Positions 50,441-61,510 of a DNA stretch of 64,000 nt are shown piece after piece. This DNA is from Octopus bimaculoides (taxonomy: Eukaryota), in the NCBI RefSeq assembly GCF_001194135.2, contig NC_068990.1, forward strand, positions 95,602 to 159,601. The letters run 5' to 3'. The notes beneath the pieces were generated by a model. That model was not told the origin of the DNA, searched no databases, and was given only the letters and a program-made list of their open reading frames with translations. How positions within the stretch are numbered: position 1 is the stretch's first letter; every line of letters begins with the position of its first letter. The position numbers were made by a program, and so were the translations under genes.

Positions 50441-52854
50441 CACAGGATGCTTAAAACACTGTTTTGTCTGAAAACACTGGTTTGTCTTAAGGGTTTGAAT
50501 CAAGTATACTGCTGTTTTTCTTCTGTGTATTCATTAACATGCATATTTATTATATTTTGAAATGATTTTATAGCCATTGCTTTTTCTTACACTCATCTGA
50601 AGTTGGGTGTTTTTGAATAAATTGTTGAAGTAAGTTATAATTTTTAAAAATCCAATGAACTTGGGTTCCCATATTTTTCACTCAGTTCCCTTTGATAACT
50701 CTATACCTTCAAGAGAGTATCTTACTAATATAATTTAAGTTTTTTGCTTTTGAGTTCTAATAATTGATAGCTGCTTTGTATCCTTTGTCTCTAATATTTG
50801 ATATATTATTAAATTTTGTCTTATTCCATTTCAGTTTGATGCGCGATGCTAATAAAATGGTTAGCAAATGCATATACGTGAATGTCTTAAAATCTACAGA
50901 TGGACAAGATATTTTAGAAAAGTAAGTGAAAAAAGTTTGAATTTTCATAAAAGATATTTTATTTGACTTTCTTTCAGTAAATCTATACAAAGAAGTTTTT
51001 CATGAAAGTATTTAAACTGAGAGCAACATTTGCTGAAAATAATATTTTGTTTTGTGGAAAGTTTTTAGAGTTGTGGTGACTTGAATTCTTGAGTGATACA
51101 CTGTCTTTAGGTACCAGTTTATTGGTACTCCATGAGAGTTTATGTATTAAAATTTCACACGTTGAACTTCTACCAAATATTTATCAAATCTGAATAAAGA
51201 TTTCCAGCATTTAAAGAGACTCGGAGAAGATGAAGTTCATACAACCTGATAGTTATGATGTTTATGATGCATTTCTTCTCTAGTGTGAAATCTTCAGCTA
51301 TTTGTTTTTGCATACAAATGTTAATAGCTATGAAGTTAAAGTGCTGGACTATGGCCACAGTCTTATTTTACTGTCAAAGTGGCTGTGGATTGGCCACAGT
51401 TTAGGTTGAGAGGCTGACAATGCTTTTCAATATATAGTTCTGTCTTTATACATTCTAAGTTCAAAACCGACCGAGGTCAACTTGGCCTGTCATCCAACAA
51501 GCTTTGAGCAAATAAATACCTACCAAGTACTGGAATTGATATAATTGACTAGTCCCTCCCTCTAAATTTGTGACCTTGTCCCTATATAACTGATGTTATA
51601 CTGTAATCAAGATCTTAGCTCTATTTACTTTGGTTACATAAGTTTTGCTTCACAGTTAGATAGTTGGCAGGATGAAAGGCATCCAACTATAAACCTTCTT
51701 GTTCTGATATTATGCAAATATCAAAATTTACAAAATCAAAAAATGTTACATTTGCTCTCATGAAAAACAGGGATGTAAAATAAATTAAAAATATGCAGGC
51801 TGACCTCATATGATGTTTATAATTGAGTGGGGTTTTGTTATTATATATACATACATTAGTTTGTAGAAGTATACCAAATGTTGTTACTTGCAATGATCAA
51901 TGATTGTAGACATATAGAACAACTACTATCACATTTCATGTGATAGTAGTTGTTCTATATCTGTGTACAATTATTCTTCTGCACTGCTGTATAAAACAGA
52001 ACATGTATATTTTATGGTCAATAACAAAATACAAAAGAAAAAAAAGAAAACAGCAAAAATAGGCAATAGCTGTTGCAAACAAGAGACTTGTTTTTCCTTT
52101 ATTTACAAAGCTATGTTAACTTGATGGGAGTTCATAAGATTTTTAATTGTTTTTTTTTAAATACATTTGGTGTGCATCCCTACACATACTGCCTTGTATT
52201 TGTTGAAAGTATAAGATTTCAATCATTATATCTCCATTGCATGTAATTTATTATGTGCCTGTATGAATATATAACCTCCATGTGTACATTATTTGAATGT
52301 GTGGATGTGTGTATGATCACTGAATGGTATAGTTCATGGCTTATCCCCTGCCTCTCCATTCTGCAATGGACATTAAAAAACTCAAACTATTACCTATGTG
52401 ACTGGTAATGCTGATGTATGTAACACCAGCTGAGTGTTTGGCAGTTGTGTTCTATATTTTTTTCTGTAAATTGGATTTCAGTTAAAATTTTTTTCATTAT
52501 CAAAGCAGATGATGTCAGGTGTTTTATTGTTCAATTACATGTATTAACTAATCAATAAGCCACTAATGGTGTGTGTGTGTGTGTGTGTGATTAGATATAT
52601 ACATTTGAAAGAGTGTCATATTAAAATGATGGTGTATCATTGTTATCATTGTTTTAACATTCACCTCTCCATTGATGGTGGGGATGAAATTTATTGAGGC
52701 ACATTTTCTAAGACTGAATCCCTTATCTGTTGACAACATTCTTCTGTTTCCAAGCAAGGTAATATTTTCTCATGGCCAAACATGTTCATGCAGAATATTG
52801 GAAATGAATGACTTACCATGTAGGACACTAACACAAACACTCACACTCTTATAC

Positions 52855-52905
<51 letters not shown>

Positions 52906-53229
52906 GTATATATACACAGACACACAGAAAGATTCTTACAATTTTCATTTAAGGCTTTGGTTACTTGCCCAAAGCGCCATGCATTGAGACTGAACTCAGA
53001 GCCATGTGGTTGAAAACCACACGGCTGTGCCTATGGCTATTGTTATATATCATAATGTTGGACAGCACTAGCTGTAGGAGTGCTAAAAACATTGTTATTT
53101 TGACATGATATTTGCTTCATTGGTGACAGATGACACCAGTCATTCAGAGCTGGGCCAGAACACTCATTCATATATAGAAATCAGCAAACAAAACATTTAA
53201 TGATTTTTAAGGATTATATTAAAGATGCT

Positions 53230-53545
53230 CATGTCTGTAGAAAGCATTGGTGCTGATGCCATGTAAAAAGCACTGGTGCTACTACCACATAAAGTGCACT
53301 GATAATGGTGTCACATAAAAAGCACTGGTGGTGGTGTCACATAAAAAGTACTGATGATGGTACCATGTAAAAAGCACCCAGTACACTGTAAAGTGGTTGG
53401 TGTTAGGAAAGGCATCCAACCATAGAAACCAAGCCAAAACAGACTATGGAACCTGGTGTGGCCCCTGGCCTTGCCAGCTCCTGTCAAGCTCTCCAACTCA
53501 TGCCAGCATGGAAAATGGATGTTAAATGAAGACGATGATGATGAT
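53230..53545 (+). mobile_element. RTE-type tail preceded by about 24-bp tandem units
   Basis: 5-6 units resembling AAAAAGCACTGGTG(C/G)TG(A/G)TG(C/T)CA(T/C)(G/A)T, then the conserved tail ending GTTAAATGAAGACGATGATG. Confidence 0.85.
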
Positions 53546-55129
53546 AACTCAATGAGCAGCTATTTAAGTTGGTTGAATAACTGAATATTCAGTGTTGAAA
53601 CTGAATATCCATTTTATGTTTATCTATTTGTGTATATGGAATTGAATTGCTGAATTAGTCAAATTATTATTGTGTTGGAGAGAGGGCCTTGGTGTATTTT
53701 TTTTTTTACTCTTTGTATGCTGGGTTCAGACCCCTTGTAAATGAATCTGTCTTTTCACGTTTTGGTATCAATAGAGAACCAGTTGAGAGTGGGTGTATTT
53801 GTGAAATGTTAAAGTATCAAAAGAGATGTCTTGTAATATCTGTATGATCATATACACATATACATATAGTAAATATTCACTCACAATACATATATATATA
53901 TACAAAGGTGAGTCAGAAAGTAATACATTGAGTTTTTATTTACTGATATTACGTATTGCCACTGAGCCGAATAAAAAGTTGGTCTACACAATTGAAACAG
54001 CTTTAAATTAAAATATATTTTTATTTAGTCTAGTAGCTGTCCGTACTGTCAGTGAATGTGTTATTCCTTGTTTCCTATTTATTGAGGCATGTAAGTAGCA
54101 AGTACATGTCATTGGTAAGGCTAAATGAAGCTGAAAAGCATCTGACATTCTTGTAGGTCACTGCTGAGATGATGTTTACCTCACTGTAATATGTATTGTT
54201 TTTTACGCAGTATGTCTATGAAGAAATTTTCTCTCTCACAGCATCGTACCTGTCAACAGCGTATATACACTAAATATGCTACGTGGATGACTATTTTTAA
54301 TTTAATGCTGCTTCAGTTGCAATCGTCAAGTTTTTATTATATATATATATACGTGTGTGTGTGTGTACTTAGTGTTGTACCAAAACCAATGCACAAGTGG
54401 GCATTGCTTTTTAGAGTTAATGCTTTCCCATACAGATCAGTGGCCCATGTTTCACATGTAACTCAGTATGGCTGGATACCCATCTTTTTAGTGACCACTT
54501 TATCAAGTCTCCCCAGGTGACATTTTTTTATGGCATAAGTACTAGAGACATGATTAAGTAGTCCACATGATCCTTCATCTTGGCTATTTGTAAACTATTT
54601 TACAAGTTCATTCTAGTGTGACATTGTCACTAGTGAGATTGCCTTGCATGGCACATGGCTTGAGTGTCTTCAGTACGCTGTATGTGCACATTCTCAAGGT
54701 AAAACGTCCCAGATGAAAAGATGAGAGTTGTGATAGAAGAGTTAGAAAGGGTGGGTGCTAGTTGCAAGGTTGTGTGAGCTAATGAGTGTGGAGACAGTCA
54801 GTGGTAAGAACGAGTGATAGCTGTCTGTAGAATGTGGCTCAGAGGAGGAGGAGGAGTGATGAGTGGCAGTCCTGAAAGGATGATGGTTTGTAGTTATGGG
54901 TTGTTCTTTCATTAATGACACTAACAGAATCATCCAGCAAACAGATGAGAGGATAGGTAGAGAGACGGTGAGTGATGGGTAGAAGGGGGAATGAGTGATT
55001 GAGAGATAAGCAAAATGGGGTATTAGAGGCATGGAGGAGATGACAGATTTAGACTTGACAAAGATGTAATAGGGAAGATACTCAAATATATGCATATGCA
55101 TGCATACAAACATATATGCCATTCACACA

Positions 55130-55590
55130 GGGTGTTGGGCATTTCCCCGATCAATATCTTTCTATCTCCTCTGTAAGGCTTAAGGCTCAGCACCCTGAAA
55201 TCAGTCTTCTCTATCTCATTAACTGTCTTCCCTTGTCTCCTCCTACATGTTCCTTCTGTTCTTCTTTATTCAGCTGTCCTCTATTTGCACCACATGTCCT
55301 TACCAACAAAGTCTTCTTTCTTGTCCACCACATCTGATTTCTTTTATCTAATTTTTCTCTCCATTCATTTGTGCTCGATTGTTTATGCACACTGTCATTA
55401 CACATCCAGCAGAGCATACTTTATTTCTCTCTGGTCTTCACAGATTCTCTGCATACATTCTCCATGTTTCACTCATACAACATTGTAATTCATACACAAG
55501 CATCATACAAACTACCTTTTTTCTGAGAGAGAAACCTTTTGTTATGAACAAAGCTTTTTCTAGCCAGCTCTTACTCTCGCTCCTATACTT
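55130..55590 (-). mobile_element. RTE LINE C-terminal fragment
   Basis: RVRAG*KSF..TKGFSLRKKGSLYDACV and WREKLDKRN resemble the C-terminal part of the 4345-5903 element. A similar plus-strand piece lies at about 59040-59300. Confidence 0.7.
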
Positions 55591-55974
55591 TTGGAACATC
55601 TAACTCCATTGCAAATTAGGTTGCCTTAATAACGGACTATTTTCAGGGAGCCTTTTTTTGTGCTTGAGAGATTCTATTTCTCATGTGCTCTCACTGTTTA
55701 TTACTTCCAAGCAACTATCACATAAAAAGTTTGCTTTCTTGGTTAACCAGTTTGTGATTCCATTGCAACTATTGTGCATCTATTTTTTTATATTAGGTGT
55801 ACTATATGGAATTTTTACCTGCTTCTTTTCTGTATATTGAGCAAAGCCATTTCTCTTGATGATAACCGAGTCCTATTCTATTTATCGATTTTTATTTCCA
55901 GCCACAGGGGCCAAACATAGAGGGGACAGCACAAGGACAGACAGAACGCCACAGTGGGGACAAAATCATAAAAT

Positions 55975-57350
55975 GAATGACTTTACTTTAAAGCCTTTTG
56001 ATTTTAGGTTTTGTTAATATGTCTGGAATGTCTTCTATAGATTTAGCTATAAGAACTAGATCATCAGCATTTGGAGGTTTCCACTGACAACCAGTCTTAA
56101 ACGCCTTTCTTATAGCTTGGAGGTGTGGTCAAGTGTGAGGCATCTGCTGTTGTAGCATATTGCTGCATCCATCATTTGTTGGCACCTGCTTGGATCCTCC
56201 AAGCAGTGTCCCTGTCAGTTTCAATTACTCTGAAATACTTCTCGTCCAATGTGACCATGAGGCATGTGGCCAACTGACTTGCTCTCACCCTAGCTAGATC
56301 CTCAAAGAGGATAACACAGCACACAAGATCCAACTTGGAAAATCAAGCAATATGACCAAACATTCTAAGCTGATGCCCCTGAATCATACAAGTAACAGAA
56401 CACATCCCAGTTTTTGAATATAGTTGTTGGTTGGATACAAAATTTGACCAATGGTAGCCCATAATCCTGAAAAGTATTCTGGTACTGAAGGAGTTCAGGT
56501 ACACTTTAGGGCTTCAGACAGTGTCCAAGTCTTCCAACTGTAGATCAAGGCAAGGACTGGAGACCTGAAGACCTGAACCTTTGTCCTCCTGCTCAGATGT
56601 CAGCAGTGCCAAACACCCTTGTCCAGTGAGTCCACAACTGCACCGGCACGTCCAAATAATTATAAGATTTCAAATTTACAGCTAATGCTGTTATGTATTA
56701 TGCAGCCAAGACAAGTGAAGCAGTCAACAACTTCGTCATTCTTACCCACACCAGAGACAGACAAGATAAAGGCTCCCAGGAAGCCAACAAAAGACTGGAC
56801 CTTTGCTTTGACCCAGGGAACTGAAAACTGAGCCTTGGTGGACTCCTACTTGCACACTCGATTCATTGCTATACTCATTACCAATCCTCACTTTACTGAC
56901 TGCACCTCTCTACATGGCATACATGTCCTTCATAAATCATTCATCTGCATGTAGCTTCTTCAGCAACCTCTTGATCACAGAGCAGTTAAACCTTCTTGAG
57001 TGCCTTCTCTAGGTCTACAAATGCTAGGTACATTGACTTACACTAGGGGAAATACTTCTCCAGCTATCTGATGAAGATGACATCAGCAGTGTGTTTTTGT
57101 CTTTGTGCTGCGACTGCCTTGTCCTTTCCAACACCATACCCTCACTGGACCCAACCACCACACTTTTCACAGTAGGGAATCTTTCCGACACACCTCTAGT
57201 AACCTCATATATGTGCTGCAATGTTTCTTTCGCAATTTGCTCTACATCAGTCTGCAGAACTGTCTGACAGGATTGTTGAGCAACTCCAGGGACATCTGTC
57301 TTGGCTGCAAGTAGCCTGTGTTTTGATATTTCTACTCTGCTAACCATTCT
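55975..57350 (-). mobile_element. Old RTE LINE RT region, interrupted by a second RTE insertion
   Basis: MYLAFVDLEKA (about 57030-57000), SKVRIGNEYS..VGVHQGSVFS (about 56900-56815), and after the insert LQAIRKAFKTGC..NADDLVLIAKS (about 56140-56040). Confidence 0.8.
56141..56811 (-). mobile_element. Nested RTE-type LINE 3' fragment of a different family with an inverted 5' piece
   Basis: Minus strand LGRAGAVVDSLDKGVWHC*HLSRRTKVQVFR..KTWTL..LRMFGHIA to a 3' end near 56145. Plus strand EAVNNF..GSQEANKRL at about 56715-56800. Confidence 0.65.
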
Positions 57351-57891
57351 ACCCAATACATCTCAATCTTTAATTTGATCTCCAACTTCAGTTGTCCCAC
57401 CATGTGCCTTCAAAAAGAAGAGGAACTTCTCTTCTTTTGTCAATGGTATATGTTATTTCGTTTAAATGCACCACCTCAGCTTTTCTAACTTGCACTTTAA
57501 CACCTGTCCAGATCTATGCACTTGCTCCCCTTCTTCTCCAGAGCCCCACCTGTCTCCCACTCCTCCTCTTCTGCTACCTGATTCTACTATCCCTCATTCT
57601 TTCACACCTGCAATACAGTAACACAACTTATAAACACCTACTACCATGGACCACTCCTCTTGTACATTCACACCTTTTATGTACTCAGGCATTTGCTAAT
57701 GTACATGCTTCTACTCCTCATTTTGTTCTTTTATTACATATGCACCCGGCATGATGACATGATAGACACACACTTATACAACTCTTTGCATAAACACACA
57801 TAACACCCAGCTACTTTTCACATACATTCCCCAAACCCCTCCCATCCACTGCCACTCTCATAGACACACCTTCCACTCTACTTATCTATGC

Positions 57892-57936
<45 letters not shown>

Positions 57937-58240
57937 TATCTTTTACTTGTTTCAGTCATTAGTCTGCAGCCATGCTGGGGTACTGCCTTGAAATGTATAT
58001 ATAGCTATATACATGTTTGTGTGTGTGCATGTATATATATATATGTGTGTGTGTGTGTGTATGTATATATCATGTTTGTGTATATATATGTTTGTACATA
58101 TGGCTGTTCATAAGCTTTCATGTCTATTTTTCCAAGTTGACAGGGTTAGATGAATATTGTGGCAATTCAGTTCTATATTTAAAAGATGAGGAATTATTTA
58201 CATTATTTACAATTGATGGATATTTGTCCTCATCTTGTTT

Positions 58241-58286
58241 GTCACAACGTTTCGGCTGATATACCCTCCAGCCTTCTTCAGGTGTC
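58241..58286 (-). ncRNA. Minimal hammerhead ribozyme motif (minus arm)
   Basis: GACAC-CTGAAGA-A-GGCTG(GAGGGTATAT)CAGCC-GAAACGTT-GTGAC; stem I reduced to 3 contiguous bp. Confidence 0.65.
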
Positions 58287-58293
58287 TTGGGGA

Positions 58294-58294
58294 A

Positions 58295-58332
<38 letters not shown>

Positions 58333-58341
58333 GATTATTAT

Positions 58342-58377
<36 letters not shown>

Positions 58378-58404
58378 CATCATCATCATCATTATTATTA
58401 TTAT
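58294..58404. repeat. Compound (ATT)n/(ATC)n microsatellite inside the palindromic element
   Basis: Direct reading. Confidence 0.97.
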
Positions 58405-58473
58405 TCAGGTCATTGCCTGGAATCGAACTCGGAATCTTGGGGTTAGTAGCTGGTGCTCTTAATCACTACGCCA
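58405..58473 (-). mobile_element. tRNA-like Pol III head (minus arm)
   Basis: TGGCGTAGTGATTAAG (A box) and GAGTTCGATTCC (B box), followed by (AAT)n. Confidence 0.8.
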
Positions 58474-58481
58474 AGGGAATG

Positions 58482-58549
58482 TGGCGTAGTGGTTAAGAGC
58501 GCGGGCTACTAACTCCAAGATTCCGAGTTTGATTCCAGGCAGTGACCTT
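58482..58549 (+). mobile_element. tRNA-like Pol III head (plus arm)
   Basis: TGGCGTAGTGG A box, anticodon-loop-like CT-ACT-AA, GAGTTTGATTCC B box. No acceptor stem. Confidence 0.8.
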
Positions 58550-58612
58550 AATAATAATAATAACATCGAAAAATACCTTAGGAATGAGAACCCAGATTCG
58601 AAATTTCCCCAA

Positions 58613-58658
58613 GACACCTGATGAAGGCTGGAGGGTATATCAGCCGAAACGTTGTGTT
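58613..58658 (+). ncRNA. Minimal type I hammerhead ribozyme motif (plus arm)
   Basis: GACAC-CTGATGA-A-GGCTG(GAGGGTATAT)CAGCC-GAAACGTT-GTGTT: intact CUGAUGA and GAAA core, 5-bp stem II, 5-bp stem I, palindromic ACGU stem III, GUU triplet. Confidence 0.8.
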
Positions 58659-59753
58659 AACAACAAACAAGATGAGGACAAATATCCGTCAATTGTAAAT
58701 AATGTATTGTGGCAATTGTTTTATAGTCCAGTGCCTTTCCTGCTGTTAACCGTTACTATTTTTCAAGTAATGGATTACCTTTTTCACATGGTTTTGAAGG
58801 CACAAAGCAAGAGAGATGCAAACAAACACACAAATACTAACAATTGTATACATATGTATTATCATCATCATCATCATTTTGTCCATTTTCCCATGCTTGC
58901 AAAGGGCTGAGAGAATTTATCAAGATAAATTTTGTACAGCTGGAAACCCTTCCTGTTGCCAACCTTCATCTCTTTCCAAGCAAAGTAATATTTTCTCATT
59001 GCCTGACATGCTTTTGTACAGAAAACTAGAAAGCTATTACTTTTGTTTTCGACAAAGTGCTTATGCTTTAAGATTAAGGGCACATTATATGATGCTCGTG
59101 TGTGAAGTGCACTGCTGCACAATAGCAAGATGTGAGCCTTAGTGTGGAAGACGCACGAAAGCTAGAAAGAAATGAGTGAGCGTGCGTCACTGGATGTGTG
59201 CATGAATAACAAAGTATAAATGAACTGAGTGAGAAAGAGGGTATAAGAGGAACTGGATGTAGTGTGCAAGAGGAGAGAGACTACGCAGATATGGGCAATA
59301 ACTCTCAGTGAATGGAGACTGGAGGAGGCTTGGGATGAGGGGATGAAAAGAAAAAAATGATCTCAAGAAGTTACATTGAGTGGCAATGATAGGGTACTGC
59401 AGAAGACCTGTCTAGACATTTGTGTAAATGCAAAATTCAAGATATTCTCACTTTTCAAAATGAAGCAAGAAAATGATCAACTACAAAAGCAGAAAAGAAT
59501 AAAATTTCATAAGACTCCTTAATCCTGAAACTAAATTGGAAATAGTCAACAATGCTACTAAAAATAGCTGCCAATTATCTAATAACATTTGTCTGAAAAA
59601 CTGACAATTGTATAAAAAAAAAACAATTGCTTCAACATGGAAACTGCCTTCTATAGCACCTGGGTCAATTGGTATTTAAAATCTTTTAATATAGTTCTTT
59701 TAAATTTAAGAAAATCTTTCTTCAAATATTCTGCCTGTATCAATTCTTTTCTA

Positions 59754-59806
<53 letters not shown>

Positions 59807-59903
59807 GCATACACACACATGTGTATATGCACACACACGTTTGTATATCTGTATATGTGTGTGCATATATATGTATGCGTATACTCATATGTTTATATAT
59901 CAG

Positions 59904-59934
<31 letters not shown>

Positions 59935-60638
59935 TCTCGTCATCATCATTTAACATCTCTTTTTTCTATGCTGGCATGGGTTTAATGATTCAACATGAAC
60001 TGATGAGCCAGAAGGCTGTGCCAAGTCCCAGTGTTTTCCTCGGCATGGTTTCTACAGCTGGATGCCTTTCCTAATGTCAACCACTTCACATAGTGTACTG
60101 GATGTTTTCTTGTGGCACCAGCATTGGTGAGGTCTCCAGGTTCTTGCAAGAATAGATCCCTTCATTGAGTGAGGTTTAGTATGGGGGGGATATGAAAGTA
60201 TGGTAGAGGGACAGGAGCAAGTCTCTTAACTAAAGAGATGAATACATGGCTTCCTTGTCTGGAAAAGAGTGAGAGAGATATGTGAGGTCAAGGAACTAGG
60301 TGAAAATATGAGAGAGAAATATGATAGAAGAAAGGTTGTTGGGTAGGTATGTGCGCTAAAGTGAAAATGTGACAGATGATTAGAGATGGGGGTAGAGTTG
60401 AGTACAGTGAATATCAGGTTTGGGAAGGGAAAGTGAAGTGTTTAAATATCAGTATATATGTATATATTTTTGTATATCATATATGTATAAATGTTTTCAT
60501 ACCAGTGTGTGTGTGTGTGTGTGCGTGTGCGTGTGCATATATCATATATAATGTAAATACATCATTGAATGGCAGATTTACTGTGGTATCTGTTCAGAGA
60601 TAACATTTTATGGATATGCTCTGTTCAGAAACCTTATA

Positions 60639-61018
60639 TCTTTTATCTTTTACTTGTTTCAGTCATCAGACTCTGGCCACGCTGGGGCACTGATTTGAAG
60701 AGTCTTTTAGTTGAACAAATTGACCCCAGGACTTATGTTTCAAGCTTAGTACTTATACTATCAGTCTCTTTTGTCAAACCATTAAGTTATGGGGACGTAA
60801 ACACACCAACACTGGTTGTCAAACGGTGGTGGGGTGACAAACACATACAAAGAAACACATAGACATACATACAAACAAACATGATGGGCTTCTTTCATTT
60901 TCTACTATCAAATCCACTCACAAGACTTTGGTCCACCCGAGACTATAGCAGAAGACATTTGCCCAAGGTGCCACACAGTGGGACTGAATCCAGAACTTCT
61001 TACCACACAGCCTGTGCC
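60639..61018 (-). mobile_element. tRNA-derived SINE, type 1 tail
   Basis: Reverse complement of the 20508-20926 family. Confidence 0.85.
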
Positions 61019-61275
61019 TATATATATTAGAGAAAGCTGAAAATCATTGCAGCAGTGGCTAGTGAGAATGCCGGATGAAGTCTGGCCTCATTGGACCTTG
61101 TCAGTGTTGTATTCACAGTCAGCCACATGCTTAGATGAGGTTTGTTGCCTCCCATATGTTGTAACAGACTGAAGAAAAAATACACCTATATTGCAAATAG
61201 CCACCTGGTCAAACAAATCCCTGTTATATGCAGTAGAGGCAGTGTTAAGTTAGAATAGCCATCTGTGTATTATAC

Positions 61276-61481
61276 TGTTGTGTGGAAGTAGAACACCCCC
61301 ATGGGTTGGCTCCAAATGGACTGTGCCACAATATAAATGGACATACGCAGAGAGCTTTCAGAGCAGTGTAAAGCCGAGAGTTGCGCATTGTCGAGGGTTA
61401 TTACCAATATCTTGAGTAGAACGATTTTTGAGGACATTATTATTATCCCGTTATATTGTACGTCGAACGTGCGATGCAACA
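61276..61481 (+). mobile_element. 5' LTR of the Ty3/Gypsy element
   Basis: TGTTG...CAACA inverted termini, 206 bp, followed directly by a PBS. Confidence 0.8.
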
Positions 61482-61482
61482 G

Positions 61483-61493
61483 TGGCGATGAGG
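61483..61493 (+). other. Primer binding site TGGCGATGAGG
   Basis: One base after the LTR. Matches TGGCGACGAGG (complement of the tRNA-Ser(GCT) 3' end) with one CpG-type transition. Confidence 0.7.
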
Positions 61494-61510
61494 TTTCAAA
61501 TAGTACTGAA

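Larger units (their letters stand above)
58168..58704. mobile_element. Palindromic tRNA-head/hammerhead retroelement dimer bounded by a 13-bp direct repeat
   Basis: Arms 58168-58473 (minus) and 58482-58704 (plus) are reverse complements apart from repeat length and a segment of about 38 nt. TATTGTGGCAATT occurs at 58155-58167 and 58705-58717. Confidence 0.85.

Noticed and set aside
53240-53390. CRISPR-like array
   Set aside because: Units are contiguous degenerate tandem repeats without unique spacers, attached to an RTE tail in a eukaryotic context with no cas genes.
58186-58462. Poly-Tyr/His/Ile/Met ORFs in the track (also 24174-24512, 8182-8487, 28386-28685)
   Set aside because: Translations of microsatellites.
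58405-58549. Functional tRNA genes (anticodon-like ACT)
   Set aside because: No acceptor-stem pairing, no serine-type long variable arm, and directly followed by (AAT)n. Treated as SINE heads; the ancestral tRNA is uncertain.
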